Under the pieces are notes generated by a model. That model did not search any database. It had not been told where the DNA came from and was given only the letters and a program-made list of their open reading frames with translations. A program made the position numbers and the translations under genes. A stretch of DNA of 64,000 nt from Puniceicoccaceae bacterium (GTDB lineage: Bacteria; Verrucomicrobiota; Verrucomicrobiia; Opitutales; Oceanipulchritudinaceae), in the NCBI GenBank assembly GCA_040830765.1, contig JBFOMH010000019.1, positions 96,001 through 160,000 of the forward strand, given 5' to 3'. Shown here in pieces: positions 19,530-28,552 of the stretch. Position 1 is the stretch's first letter. Every line of letters starts with the position of its first letter.

Positions 19530-20726
19530 TCAAGCGTGATCGTCGATGTGGCGGTATTTTTGCCGGTACTCCCGCGGCGACATGTGCGTGTCCTTCTTGA
19601 AGGCACAACTAAGATTGGAACTGTTGCTGTAGCCGCAGCACAGGGCAATGTACTCGACCTTGTCATCGGTCTCGGTCAGGAGGCGCTTGGCATTCTGGAT
19701 GCGTAAGCGGCGCAACTCGGACGCCGGCGACCGGCTGAGGTGCTTGTGAAAGGCCTTCTCCAGACCACGTTTGGAAAGGCCGGTGTATTCGCAAATGTCC
19801 TCGATGGTGATGGGCTGTCCGAAATTTTCCCGGATGAAGCGGATCGCATTGACCACCGCCGGATGGGTAACCGCCAGGGAATCCGTGCTTTGCCGCCGCA
19901 CCACGCTGTGGGGAGGAATCCGCTTGAGAGGCTCTTCACTTGTTATCTCTCCGCGCATGAGGCGGTCCAGTTGCTGGGCAGCCTGGTAACCCACTTCTGT
20001 CAGGTTGGTCCGGATACTGGACAAGGGTACTACCGCACTCTCACAAAGCAGTTCAATGTTGTCGACGCCAAGCACGGCAACTTCCTCGGGAACATGGATG
20101 CCATTACGGACGCAGATTTCAATCAAGGTCGCCCCCAGGTTGTCCTGGCCGGCAAAGACGGCCAGCGGCCGGGGCAGATCGCTGATTTTCTGGAAGATAT
20201 CGGCCTCATGCTTGTGCCAGTCGCCAATCATTTCCGGCGGTGACTGCTTGATCTCGTAGAGGTGTTCCGGAGATACCCCGCGCTTGATAAGGCCTTTGAA
20301 AAAAGACTCCCGCCGGACCTTGTTTACGGTCACCTCCGCCCATGCGTAATAAGCATAGTGCGTGTAGCCACGGGAATGGAAATGCTCGGCGGCCAATTCG
20401 CCTATTTGCTCGTTGTCGACGACGACCTGGGGGACCTTGCGAGGCATGTCCTCAATCGTCACATCGACGGTTGGAATGTCCAAGTGGTCGATGAATTCCT
20501 TCAGGCTCGGACCATAGCAAGTGATGGCTCCATCCCCGGGCCAGCCTTTGGGAATAAATCGATCCGATATCATGTAGGGAGACATGTGCCAACCGGCCTC
20601 CTTGGCATAGTTGAAGACACCGCGGTAGAGCCGCTCGTCAAACCAGTCGAAGGCCAGGATGATACTGGGTTGGCTGAGCTCGGCACGCTCGGAGGGAATG
20701 ACAAATGTCTTCTTTTTTTCAGCCAT
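19530..20726 (-). CDS. XylR-type regulator (sugar-binding domain plus C-terminal AraC HTH)
   Basis: VPEEVAVLGVDN...LSSI, VVRRQSTD, then an AraC HTH (GLSKRGLEKAF...IALCCGYSNSSNLSCAFKK...SPREYR). Confidence 0.9.
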   Translation of the reverse strand: MAEKKKTFVIPSERAELSQPSIILAFDWFDERLYRGVFNYAKEAGWHMSPYMISDRFIPKGWPGDGAITCYGPSLKEFIDHLDIPTVDVTIEDMPRKVPQVVVDNEQIGELAAEHFHSRGYTHYAYYAWAEVTVNKVRRESFFKGLIKRGVSPEHLYEIKQSPPEMIGDWHKHEADIFQKISDLPRPLAVFAGQDNLGATLIEICVRNGIHVPEEVAVLGVDNIELLCESAVVPLSSIRTNLTEVGYQAAQQLDRLMRGEITSEEPLKRIPPHSVVRRQSTDSLAVTHPAVVNAIRFIRENFGQPITIEDICEYTGLSKRGLEKAFHKHLSRSPASELRRLRIQNAKRLLTETDDKVEYIALCCGYSNSSNLSCAFKKDTHMSPREYRQKYRHIDDHA

Positions 20727-20897
20727 ATGGGGAGTAAAGGAATGAAAAGGGGAATAGACTAGAATCAGGAATAGTTCATTTTTTCAGCAATATGACGAGC
20801 TTTTTCAATGACATAATACCTTGTGGAAGTGCAAGGGCGGCAAAGAATTGGGAACAAGAAGATAAGACAATTCCGTTTTATTAGCGCCTTAACTCTG

Positions 20898-23348
20898 ATG
20901 CAATACGGTCACTTCGACGACGCCGCCAAGGAATATGTAATCACCAATCCCCGCACACCGGTGAAGTGGATTAACTACATCGGAAAGATTGGATTTGGAG
21001 GATTCGTTGACCATACAGGAGGAGCTATTCTTTGTGCCGGTGACCCGGCGCTGAACCGCATCCTGAAGTACATCCCGCAGCTGCCGGCCTCTGACCCGCG
21101 CGGCGAGACGCTATACCTGCGCATCAAGACGAAAAGCGGATACAAACTGCTTTCTCCCTACTACACCCCGACCCTGCAGGACGTGGAAGAATTCCTCAGC
21201 CACGTCGGGCTTGGCTACCAGCGGATTGTTTCGGTCGTGGACGGTATCCGCACGGAGGTTTTGATTTTCATCCCCAATGACACGCCAGTGGAGATCCGGG
21301 ATATCCGGGTGACCAATGAATCCGGCAAAGCACTGGAAATCGATGTCATTCCCGTGGTCGAGTACACCCATTTTGAGGCCTTGAAGCAGTTCACCAACGC
21401 CGACTGGGTTCCCCAGACGATGATGTCGGAAGCACAGAGGGAGGAAAACGGCCTTCTGGTTTTGCGGCAGTTTCCCTTCATGCGGAAGGAAACGAAGCAC
21501 AACTTCTTCACCTCCAACCAGCCGGTTGATTCATTTGAAAGCGACCGGTCCCGTTTCCTGGGCCGCAAGGAATATGCCACCTGGCAAGACCCTCAAGCCC
21601 TGGACGAGGAAAGGTTTTCCAATTATGAGGCGCTGAGGGGAGATAACATCGGTGCCCTCCTTCACAAGCTTGGGACGGTTCAACCTGGCGAAACACGCCG
21701 CCTCATCACCCAACTCGGCCAGGCCACCGTCGAAGAGGTACCCCTTCTTGTCCAAAAGTACCGCGATGAGGCTGCGGTGGACATGGCCTTTGCCGATTTG
21801 GCCGGCTTCTGGGAGGATTACCTGTCCCGCTTCTCCTGTGAAACGCCGGATCCCGCCTTTAATTCAACGGTCAATGTGCACAACCCCCGCCAGTGCTACA
21901 TCACCATGAACTGGTCCCGCTATCTCTCCATGTATCAGTTGGGGCTGGGCTCCCGCGGCTTGGGCTTTCGCGACAGTTCCCAGGACACGATGGGTGCGGT
22001 CATGGGAGCTCCGGGCGAAGTGAAGGAACTCCTTCGCAAACTGATCAGTGTCCAGAATCCCGATGGCTCCGCCATGCACCAGTTCTATCCTCTGTCCATG
22101 GAAGCAAATGAGGGCGACGCCCGGGAAGAGGGTGAAAAACTGGTCTACGGGGATGACCACCTGTGGGCGGTCCTGGCCGTTTGTGCCTATATCAAGGAAA
22201 CGGGTGACTTTGCTTTTCTCGATGAACAGATAAGTTTCTACAGCAAGAAGCTGCCGCTGGAAGAGAGGGAAAAGGCCCATGTGCTGGATCACCTCATGCG
22301 GGCCTTGGAATATACCCGTTCCCATACAGGACGCCACGGCCTGCCGCTGTTGGGCTTTGCCGACTGGAACGACACCGTTAATCTCAAGGGCGATGCGGAA
22401 AGCCTTTTCAACGCCCACCTCTATGGATGGGGTCTGCTCGAGATGGTAGACCTGATGCACCACCTCGACAGGGAGGAATCCGCTGAGGTATACATGGCAT
22501 GGCATGCCGAGATGAAAGAGCGGGTCAATGAGCACGCATGGGATGGCGATTGGTGGGTCCGCTATTTCACCGAGGAGGGAGAAGCGCTTGGATCGAAAAA
22601 GAACAGCGAGGGAAAGATATTCACCAACGCCCAGTCATGGGCAGTCCTATCCGGATTCGCTGACAAGGAACGGGCCACCCTGTCACTGGATGCGGTGGAA
22701 AAGCACTTGAACACGGCCTGCGGAATCAAGCTCAGCTGGCCAGGTTATAGCCGATACGACAAGAGGATTGGCGGCGTTTCCACCTATCCTCCCGGCGCCA
22801 AGGAAAATGGTGGTATCTTCCTCCACTCCAATCCATGGGTCATGATTGCTGAAAGCAGGCTCGGCAACGGCAACCGCGCTTTCCAGTATTTCAATCAGAT
22901 TAATCCAGCTGCCAAGAATGAGGAAATCGATACATACGAGATTGAACCCTATGTTTTTGCCCAGAACATCCTCGGCGATGAACATCCCCAGTTCGGACTT
23001 GGGCGTAATAGCTGGCTTTCTGGAACCGCTTCATGGACCTACCAGGCAGCGACACAGTATATCCTAGGAATCCAGCCGGTGTTCGACGGATTGCGGATTG
23101 ACCCTTGTATCCCGGACCAGTGGGACGGTTTCACAGTAAAGCGTCGATTCCGGGATGTCCTTTACCGGATTCGCGTCGAGAATCCACACCATGTCTCCAA
23201 GGGGGTGACCGCCATCACCGTCGATGGCGAGACACTACCCAGCAACACCCTTCCAATAATGGAGCCTGGTGCCACTTGTGATGTTGTGGTCAAAATGGGA
23301 TCTGTCGAAGCGGCGACCAAGCCCGGTCCTGCAGTTGCTTTCGGATAA
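20898..23348 (+). CDS. GH94 glycoside phosphorylase, second and divergent copy (substrate uncertain)
   Basis: Likely start ATG 20898 (MQYGHFDD..KEYVITNP). Motifs RGLGFRDSSQD, GDDHLW, FADWNDTVNL, YPPGAKENGGIFLHSNPW, SWLSGTASW. Confidence 0.9.
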   Translation: MQYGHFDDAAKEYVITNPRTPVKWINYIGKIGFGGFVDHTGGAILCAGDPALNRILKYIPQLPASDPRGETLYLRIKTKSGYKLLSPYYTPTLQDVEEFLSHVGLGYQRIVSVVDGIRTEVLIFIPNDTPVEIRDIRVTNESGKALEIDVIPVVEYTHFEALKQFTNADWVPQTMMSEAQREENGLLVLRQFPFMRKETKHNFFTSNQPVDSFESDRSRFLGRKEYATWQDPQALDEERFSNYEALRGDNIGALLHKLGTVQPGETRRLITQLGQATVEEVPLLVQKYRDEAAVDMAFADLAGFWEDYLSRFSCETPDPAFNSTVNVHNPRQCYITMNWSRYLSMYQLGLGSRGLGFRDSSQDTMGAVMGAPGEVKELLRKLISVQNPDGSAMHQFYPLSMEANEGDAREEGEKLVYGDDHLWAVLAVCAYIKETGDFAFLDEQISFYSKKLPLEEREKAHVLDHLMRALEYTRSHTGRHGLPLLGFADWNDTVNLKGDAESLFNAHLYGWGLLEMVDLMHHLDREESAEVYMAWHAEMKERVNEHAWDGDWWVRYFTEEGEALGSKKNSEGKIFTNAQSWAVLSGFADKERATLSLDAVEKHLNTACGIKLSWPGYSRYDKRIGGVSTYPPGAKENGGIFLHSNPWVMIAESRLGNGNRAFQYFNQINPAAKNEEIDTYEIEPYVFAQNILGDEHPQFGLGRNSWLSGTASWTYQAATQYILGIQPVFDGLRIDPCIPDQWDGFTVKRRFRDVLYRIRVENPHHVSKGVTAITVDGETLPSNTLPIMEPGATCDVVVKMGSVEAATKPGPAVAFG

Positions 23349-23373
23349 GAATACCCTCCAGACTGATTCACTC

Positions 23374-23409
23374 GAAAAGAAAGGCCGCTCCCGATCAGGA
23401 AGCGGCCTT
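23374..23409 (-). terminator. Intrinsic terminator between convergent genes
   Basis: Stem aaggccgct (23381-23389) pairs with agcggcctt (23401-23409). On the minus strand it is followed by TCTTTT. Confidence 0.7.
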
Positions 23410-23435
23410 GATGTTATGACAAAGAAAAAGGGAGG

Positions 23436-24422
23436 TTAACGAAGCACGTAGACCCATGCACCGCCTTCACCGGATTGCTCAGTGGAAATGTACATCCAAC
23501 TGGCAAAAGGCACAGAGTAAATCCACGGATCCTCGATGACATTGACCCAGCCCAGCCAACCGCCGGTATCTACATAGCCAGCGTCACCAACAGGATATCC
23601 CTTCCAGGTGTTGCCACCACTTCCGGCGACCTCAGCAATGGCAACCCCGGTTAAGCTACCCCGGTTCTTGCCCAGATTGGCTTCGTCAAATGTGAAGTCA
23701 TAGCTGCTCGCAAAGCTGGTGCCACTGGTCAGGGCACTGCAATTCAGGCGCACACCCGGAAGGTAGGCCGGAGGCTCAGCACCATCGTCAACATTTGACC
23801 AGTCAACGATCGCGGTGTTGGAAGTAATCGCTCCTTTTTGGGCACTGGCAGCTTCGATCACGGCGACGTCATCATACTCTGTATCCCATGTATAGCCGAG
23901 GCTGAGGGGAATGCTCTCGTCACCACTCCATTCAACGGCATCCGCATCCAGGAAAACCAGCTCGCCGCTGTCTGCACGGACTATGTAGAGCATGGCTCCA
24001 CATGTGTTGTTGGCAGAGGCGGTGGCGGTAAAGTCGTAAGTTCCTCCCGTTGGAATCTCCGCATAGCCAACCCAACTGGTGGGATTGGGATCGGTACCTC
24101 CAAGCAAGGTTCCCGCGTCCAAGGCAGTGAAAACAATCTCAGTCACGACGGTGCCATAATCTGTGATGTTATTGTCTACATCAACGACAACGGTACCGGC
24201 GACCGATGCACCGAATGACATTGTCATGACAGAAAGCTTCTTGTTGGTGGCGACCGACCAGACGACCATGTCGCCGGCCTGTACCTCAACCGAAGGTATG
24301 ACTTGGCCCGGGGCAGGTGAGCTGAGGCCCAGGCGATCATAAGCGGTAATGGAAACAGCCGCACTCAAGGATCCGCAAAGGGAAGCCAAGAGTACCGCGG
24401 TAAGTGCATTCTTGTATTTCAT
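23436..24422 (-). CDS. Secreted hypothetical protein with Trp/Gly-rich C-terminal domain
   Basis: Likely start ATG 24422 (MKYKNALTAVLLASLCGSLSA signal peptide). Acidic beta-rich body, a GSGG linker, then TWKGYPV...DTGGWLGWVNV..PWIYS...WMY...GAWVY. Confidence 0.8.
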   Translation of the reverse strand: MKYKNALTAVLLASLCGSLSAAVSITAYDRLGLSSPAPGQVIPSVEVQAGDMVVWSVATNKKLSVMTMSFGASVAGTVVVDVDNNITDYGTVVTEIVFTALDAGTLLGGTDPNPTSWVGYAEIPTGGTYDFTATASANNTCGAMLYIVRADSGELVFLDADAVEWSGDESIPLSLGYTWDTEYDDVAVIEAASAQKGAITSNTAIVDWSNVDDGAEPPAYLPGVRLNCSALTSGTSFASSYDFTFDEANLGKNRGSLTGVAIAEVAGSGGNTWKGYPVGDAGYVDTGGWLGWVNVIEDPWIYSVPFASWMYISTEQSGEGGAWVYVLR

Positions 24423-24741
24423 TGGTTTATGAATTTTGGGGTTCGAGTATTGCAGAGGCGTTGATGTGACAATGTTCACTTATTGATCGGAAAGGTTCAA
24501 AGGCTAGTGTAAGTGAAAAAAGACCGTTAAAGGATGAATATGCGTACATATTAATCGGAGCAGTCCAAATTCATGCGCATACTCAGGGAAAGAGAATGCT
24601 AATTCACTGACTGAATCCCTTGTGAAAATCAGAAAAAGGGCAGATCCTGTGCAAAACAAACCATCACCTTCCCTTCCACAGGGTACATGTCACCGCTCCA
24701 TCGCCATGATTGGCGAAGCACAAACACAAAATACAAAACAC

Positions 24742-25056
24742 ATGAATATCACTACCAACAAGATGATCGCCACTATCCTCATCAGCGGCCTTCTGGCCAC
24801 CCCCCTCCTGGCCGGCAAGGCGGATGCCGACCAGAAGGCAGCCGAGCGCAAGGCCAAGACATTCCTCAAATGGGATGAAGACGGTGACCAGCAGCTAAAC
24901 AAGGAGGAATTCTGCAAGATGCACACCTCCTGGATGGAGAAGAGTGGCAAGGAAGCCAAGCAGAAGGAACTGGACAATCGCTTCAAGAACAAGGATGCCA
25001 ATGGCGACGGCCAAGTCACCTTTGAGGAGCACTTCGGCATGCCCCTGCCAAAGTAG
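24742..25056 (+). CDS. Small secreted EF-hand calcium-binding protein
   Basis: Signal peptide and two EF-hand loops, DEDGDQQLNKEE and DANGDGQVTFEE. Confidence 0.85.
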   Translation: MNITTNKMIATILISGLLATPLLAGKADADQKAAERKAKTFLKWDEDGDQQLNKEEFCKMHTSWMEKSGKEAKQKELDNRFKNKDANGDGQVTFEEHFGMPLPK

Positions 25057-25102
25057 GCAGAGTTCTTCCCAAGCTTCAGCCAATCAACGCCTTGCAACCC
25101 CC

Positions 25103-26383
25103 TCAAGCCGGCTTGGGAAGACGCTTTTGCTTGATCAGCTGCATCACCCCGGCGGGTGACTGCCTCTGGTGATAGAGGCCGGCCATGGCCTTCATGTAGG
25201 GATCCATCTTGGTGAAGATGAACTTGTATCCCGAACAGAGGTAATGCAGTCCGGGCTCGTCGTCCGGCGTCAGGATGAACCGCTGCTTGGGGCAGCCCCC
25301 ATTGCAGGCAAAGCGGACTTCGCAGTCACGGCAGTACTGCGGCAGCGACGACTTTTTGGCCCGGCCAAAGGCCTTTTGCTGATCGCTTTCCACCAGTTCC
25401 GTCATCGACTGCCCGTTGATGTTGCCCAACTTGAATTCCGGATAAACGTAGTGATCACATGAATACAGGCTGCCGTCGTGCTCAATAGCCATAGCCCGGC
25501 CACATTCCTCCTCAAAGACGCACAGACCGCCGGGCACATTGGCCCACTTTCCCAGTGCCACGTCGAAAAGCTGGACATAGATCCTCCCGACATCGTGCTG
25601 CACCCAGCGCTTGAAGATGCTCCACATGAAGCGCCCATAGGCCTTCGGCTGGACGCTCCACTCCGTGACCGGGGCATTGAGGTTGTCATCCTCCTCGGAA
25701 AACCTGGGCGGGGTCGAATACCAGAGCCCGAGCCGCTTGGCCTCCTCATCCGGCAAGCGTTCGACAATGGGAATGAACTGCAGGTAGCGCGACCCGATCC
25801 CCTTGAGAAAGGCATAGACTTCCGGTCCTTTGTCCTGGTTGGCCCGGTTGACGCAAGTCAGCGTATTGAAATCCACCTTGTGCTTCTTGAGGAATTCGAG
25901 GCCGCGCATCACCTCGTCGAATGTGCCCCGACCTTTGCGGTCAACCCTGTAGGCATCATGCAGCTCCCGAGGCCCGTCAATACTGAGCCCGACCAGGAAT
26001 TTTTCCCGCTTGAGGAAGCTGCACCATTCGTCATCCAACAGGGTCCCGTTGGTCTGAAAGGCATTGTCGATTTGACGCCCCTGCCCGTACTGCTTCTGCC
26101 AGCGGACCACCTTTTCAAAGAAGTCGACTCCGCACAGGGTCGGTTCCCCGCCCTGCCAGGCAAAGGTAATGGGATCGGCCGGCTGGGCCTCGATGTAGCG
26201 CTTGATGTAGGCCTCGAGCGTGGCATCGTTCATCTTCCACCGCTCGCCGTCCCCGAAGAGCATCTCCTTCTCGAGATAAAAACAGTACTGGCAATCCAGA
26301 TTGCACTTCGGCCCGATCGGTTTGGTCATGATGTGGAAGGGCTGGCTGGCCCGCTGTTCCACGATGTCGACTCCCTTTGCCAT
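25103..26383 (-). CDS. Anaerobic sulfatase-maturating enzyme (radical SAM/SPASM)
   Basis: KPIGPKCNLDCQYCFYL (CxxxCxxC), WQGGEPTL, QTNGTLL, and SPASM cysteines (CVFEEECG, YSCDHYV, CRDC...CNGGCPK). Start at 26383 or 26404. Confidence 0.93.
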   Translation of the reverse strand: MAKGVDIVEQRASQPFHIMTKPIGPKCNLDCQYCFYLEKEMLFGDGERWKMNDATLEAYIKRYIEAQPADPITFAWQGGEPTLCGVDFFEKVVRWQKQYGQGRQIDNAFQTNGTLLDDEWCSFLKREKFLVGLSIDGPRELHDAYRVDRKGRGTFDEVMRGLEFLKKHKVDFNTLTCVNRANQDKGPEVYAFLKGIGSRYLQFIPIVERLPDEEAKRLGLWYSTPPRFSEEDDNLNAPVTEWSVQPKAYGRFMWSIFKRWVQHDVGRIYVQLFDVALGKWANVPGGLCVFEEECGRAMAIEHDGSLYSCDHYVYPEFKLGNINGQSMTELVESDQQKAFGRAKKSSLPQYCRDCEVRFACNGGCPKQRFILTPDDEPGLHYLCSGYKFIFTKMDPYMKAMAGLYHQRQSPAGVMQLIKQKRLPKPA

Positions 26384-26483
26384 ATGGCTGCAAATGCTGC
26401 CCATCCACTACCTGTTGACAATTATTATTTCCCTTTGACAGGGCAACCGGAGAGCTAACGCTTTTAAAATAAGCTAAATTTCC

Positions 26484-27179
26484 ATGTCCACCTTCCGCAA
26501 TATTCCGCTTGGGGAACGTCCCCAGGAACGCCTCCAGTCCAAGGGACCTACCGCCCTCTCCGATGCCGAGCTTCTGGCGGTTGTGCTGCGCAACGGGACC
26601 CGCGGCCACGACGTCATGCACCTCTCCAACGCAATCTTGCACAGCATTGGCTCCTTGCGGGGTCTCCTCCGCATGTCGGCCAGCGACCTGCAGGCCTACC
26701 CGGGTGTGGGAGAGGTCAAGGCCCTGCAACTGCAGGCGGTCATCGAGATTGCCCGGCGCATCCTTTCCAGCGGGGAAGCGGCTCCCCTCATGGATTCCCC
26801 GTCGAAGATCTACCACTGGCTGCTGCCGATGGCGGATGGCGAGCCGGTGGAGAAATTCTGGGTCCTCTCACTGAACCGCAAGAACCGGCTCCTGCGCTGC
26901 GAAGCGGTCACTTCCGGCACGGCGACGGCCAGCCTGGTCCATCCGCGGGAAGTATTTCGCGAGGCCATCCGCAACAGTGCCTCGGCACTGGTCTGTGCCC
27001 ACAACCATCCGAGCGGGGATCCCTCCCCCAGCCAGGCAGACATCCGGGCCACCCGGCAATTGCGCGAAGCGGCCAAAGTAGTCCAGCTGGACCTGCTCGA
27101 CCATGTCATCATCGGCCAGGCCGAACACGATCCCGCCGGCACCGGCTATTACTCATTCGCCGAATCCGGGCTGCTGTGA
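26484..27179 (+). CDS. radC: RadC/UPF0758 JAB-domain protein
   Basis: ERPQERL...LSDAELLA, HhH region, VHPREVF, HNHPSGDPSPSQAD, LLDHVII. Confidence 0.95.
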   Translation: MSTFRNIPLGERPQERLQSKGPTALSDAELLAVVLRNGTRGHDVMHLSNAILHSIGSLRGLLRMSASDLQAYPGVGEVKALQLQAVIEIARRILSSGEAAPLMDSPSKIYHWLLPMADGEPVEKFWVLSLNRKNRLLRCEAVTSGTATASLVHPREVFREAIRNSASALVCAHNHPSGDPSPSQADIRATRQLREAAKVVQLDLLDHVIIGQAEHDPAGTGYYSFAESGLL

Positions 27180-27187
27180 ATATTTAA

Positions 27188-27649
27188 CTACGAAATACGC
27201 GAACCGATTTCACTGCAAATAGCCGTGAGTTCAACTTCGTCGACGGGGTCAAAAGCAGCAGGGTCATCGGAGTCGATGTCGAGTACGGCTCGGAGGGTTC
27301 CGGACTTGTCGAAGACCGGAAGGACAATTTCCGATTGGGTGGTGCTGGAGCAGGCGATGTGATCGGGAAAGGCATGCACATCATCCAGGCGGAGGAGCTG
27401 GCCGGTCTGCGCCACATGACCACAGACTCCCTTACCAAAAGGGATCACCAGACAACCGTGTCCGCCCTGATAGGGACCAACTTTCAACAGGCCCGGCTCC
27501 ACCACTCGATAGAAGCCAGTCCAGTGGAAGGCCTCGAAGGCCAGATGCAACTCACAGGCGACCGTTGCCAGGATGGCGATTTCATCGGTCTCCCCCTCGA
27601 GGAGCGCCCAGATCCGGGCCCGGACTTCCCTGTATCTATCTTCCTTCAT
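27188..27649 (-). CDS. msrC: GAF-domain free methionine-(R)-sulfoxide reductase-like protein
   Basis: WTGFY, GPYQGGHGC, GKGVCG, HIAC, SEIVLP, VLDIDS. Confidence 0.8.
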   Translation of the reverse strand: MKEDRYREVRARIWALLEGETDEIAILATVACELHLAFEAFHWTGFYRVVEPGLLKVGPYQGGHGCLVIPFGKGVCGHVAQTGQLLRLDDVHAFPDHIACSSTTQSEIVLPVFDKSGTLRAVLDIDSDDPAAFDPVDEVELTAICSEIGSRIS

Positions 27650-27728
27650 GACCAGTCAAATACGTGTGTTTCCGAGAAAACCCGAAATCCCTTGCATGGC
27701 AAGACATCGGTCTCCACGGTCCAGCATT

Positions 27729-28208
27729 ATGCAGATTACATCCAATCAAGTCGTCACGATGCATTACACCCTGACCAACCCGGCTGGCGAAGTCATCGAC
27801 TCCAGCGAAGGCAAGGCCCCATTGGCCTACCTTCATGGTCACGGAAACATCATTCCCGGGCTGGAAAAGCAGCTTGAGGGCAAGGTCGTCGGCGACAAGT
27901 TGAAGGCAGAGGTCCCGGCCGCCGAAGGCTATGGCGAACGGAATGAGGAGATGGTCGTCGAGGCCCAGCGCTCCCAGTTCCCCGAGGGTGTCAACCTTGA
28001 GGCCGGCATGCGCTTCCAGGCACAGACCCCTGCCGGTCCCCGGATCGCCGAGATCAAGAAGGTCGAGGGCGACACCGTTACCGTCGATACCAATCACCCG
28101 CTTGCCGGAGTCGACCTCACCTTCGATGTGGAAATCATGGAAATCCGTGAAGCCTCCGCCGAGGAAATCGACCACGGCCATGTCCATACCGGCGAAGGCG
28201 GCCATTGA
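27729..28208 (+). CDS. slyD: FKBP-type peptidyl-prolyl isomerase SlyD
   Basis: Start ATG 27729 (MQITSNQVVTMHYTL). YLHGHGNIIPGLE, DTNHPLAG..LTFDVE, short His tail HGHVH. Confidence 0.93.
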   Translation: MQITSNQVVTMHYTLTNPAGEVIDSSEGKAPLAYLHGHGNIIPGLEKQLEGKVVGDKLKAEVPAAEGYGERNEEMVVEAQRSQFPEGVNLEAGMRFQAQTPAGPRIAEIKKVEGDTVTVDTNHPLAGVDLTFDVEIMEIREASAEEIDHGHVHTGEGGH

Positions 28209-28215
28209 TTTCCCA

Positions 28216-28351
28216 GACGAAGGACGAAAGACTCGGGACAAAGGCCTGATGGGAAAGGCTTGATTTGAAAGACCGAATCAGCCTAATTGTTCTCTTTAGG
28301 ATACGATCCATAGGACAAGAGACATTCGTCATTAGTCCTTTGTCGTTTGTC
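28216..28351. repeat. Two inverted arrays of four degenerate heptamers
   Basis: gacgaag-gacgaaa-gactcgg-gacaaag at 28216-28243, and attcgtc-attagtc-ctttgtc-gtttgtc at 28324-28351 in the opposite orientation. Confidence 0.6.
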
Positions 28352-28360
28352 CAATCCGCC

Positions 28361-28450
28361 GGTGGGATGTATGAGTGGCCGAAAGCGGCGGTCTTGAACA
28401 CCGTTAGGCCGGAAACGGTCTCGGGGGTTCGAATCCCTCTCCCACCGCCA
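28361..28450 (+). tRNA. tRNA-Ser (anticodon TGA), atypical D-stem, possibly a decaying copy
   Basis: Acceptor GGTGGGA/TCCCACC with G73 and CCA. Anticodon arm GCGGT-CTTGAAC-ACCGT, long variable arm AGGCCG-GAAA-CGGTCT, T-arm GGGGG-TTCGAAT-CCCTC. Confidence 0.88.
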
Positions 28451-28502
28451 CTCGACAAGCTCGTGGCAGGCCAAGCGAGAGCTTGGACTGACGCGAGCGC
28501 AG

Positions 28503-28552
28503 GCGAGTGCCCTGAGCGAGCGTAGCGAGTGCCCTGAGCGAGCGTAGCGAGT
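28503..28552 (+). repeat. Perfect 22-bp tandem repeat (2 copies plus 6 bp) in a REP-like element after the tRNA
   Basis: gcgagtgccctgagcgagcgta x2 followed by gcgagt. Nearby hairpin ccaagc-gaga-gcttgg at 28471-28486. Confidence 0.85.

Noticed and set aside
25065..25120. 10-bp inverted repeat cttcccaagc/gcttgggaag between convergent genes
   Set aside because: It has a 36-nt loop, one arm lies inside the coding sequence, and there is no U-tract, so it is not supportable as a terminator.
26484..27179. radC as a marker of a mobile island
   Set aside because: It is the full-length form with its N-terminal domain, set among housekeeping genes, not the short JAB-only island type.
28361..28450. Selenocysteine or suppressor tRNA
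   Set aside because: The anticodon is TGA (reads UCA, Ser), not TCA, and the acceptor and T stems are the standard 7/5.
28503..28552. Possible CRISPR array
   Set aside because: The repeats are directly adjacent with no spacers, there are only two copies, and no cas genes are present.
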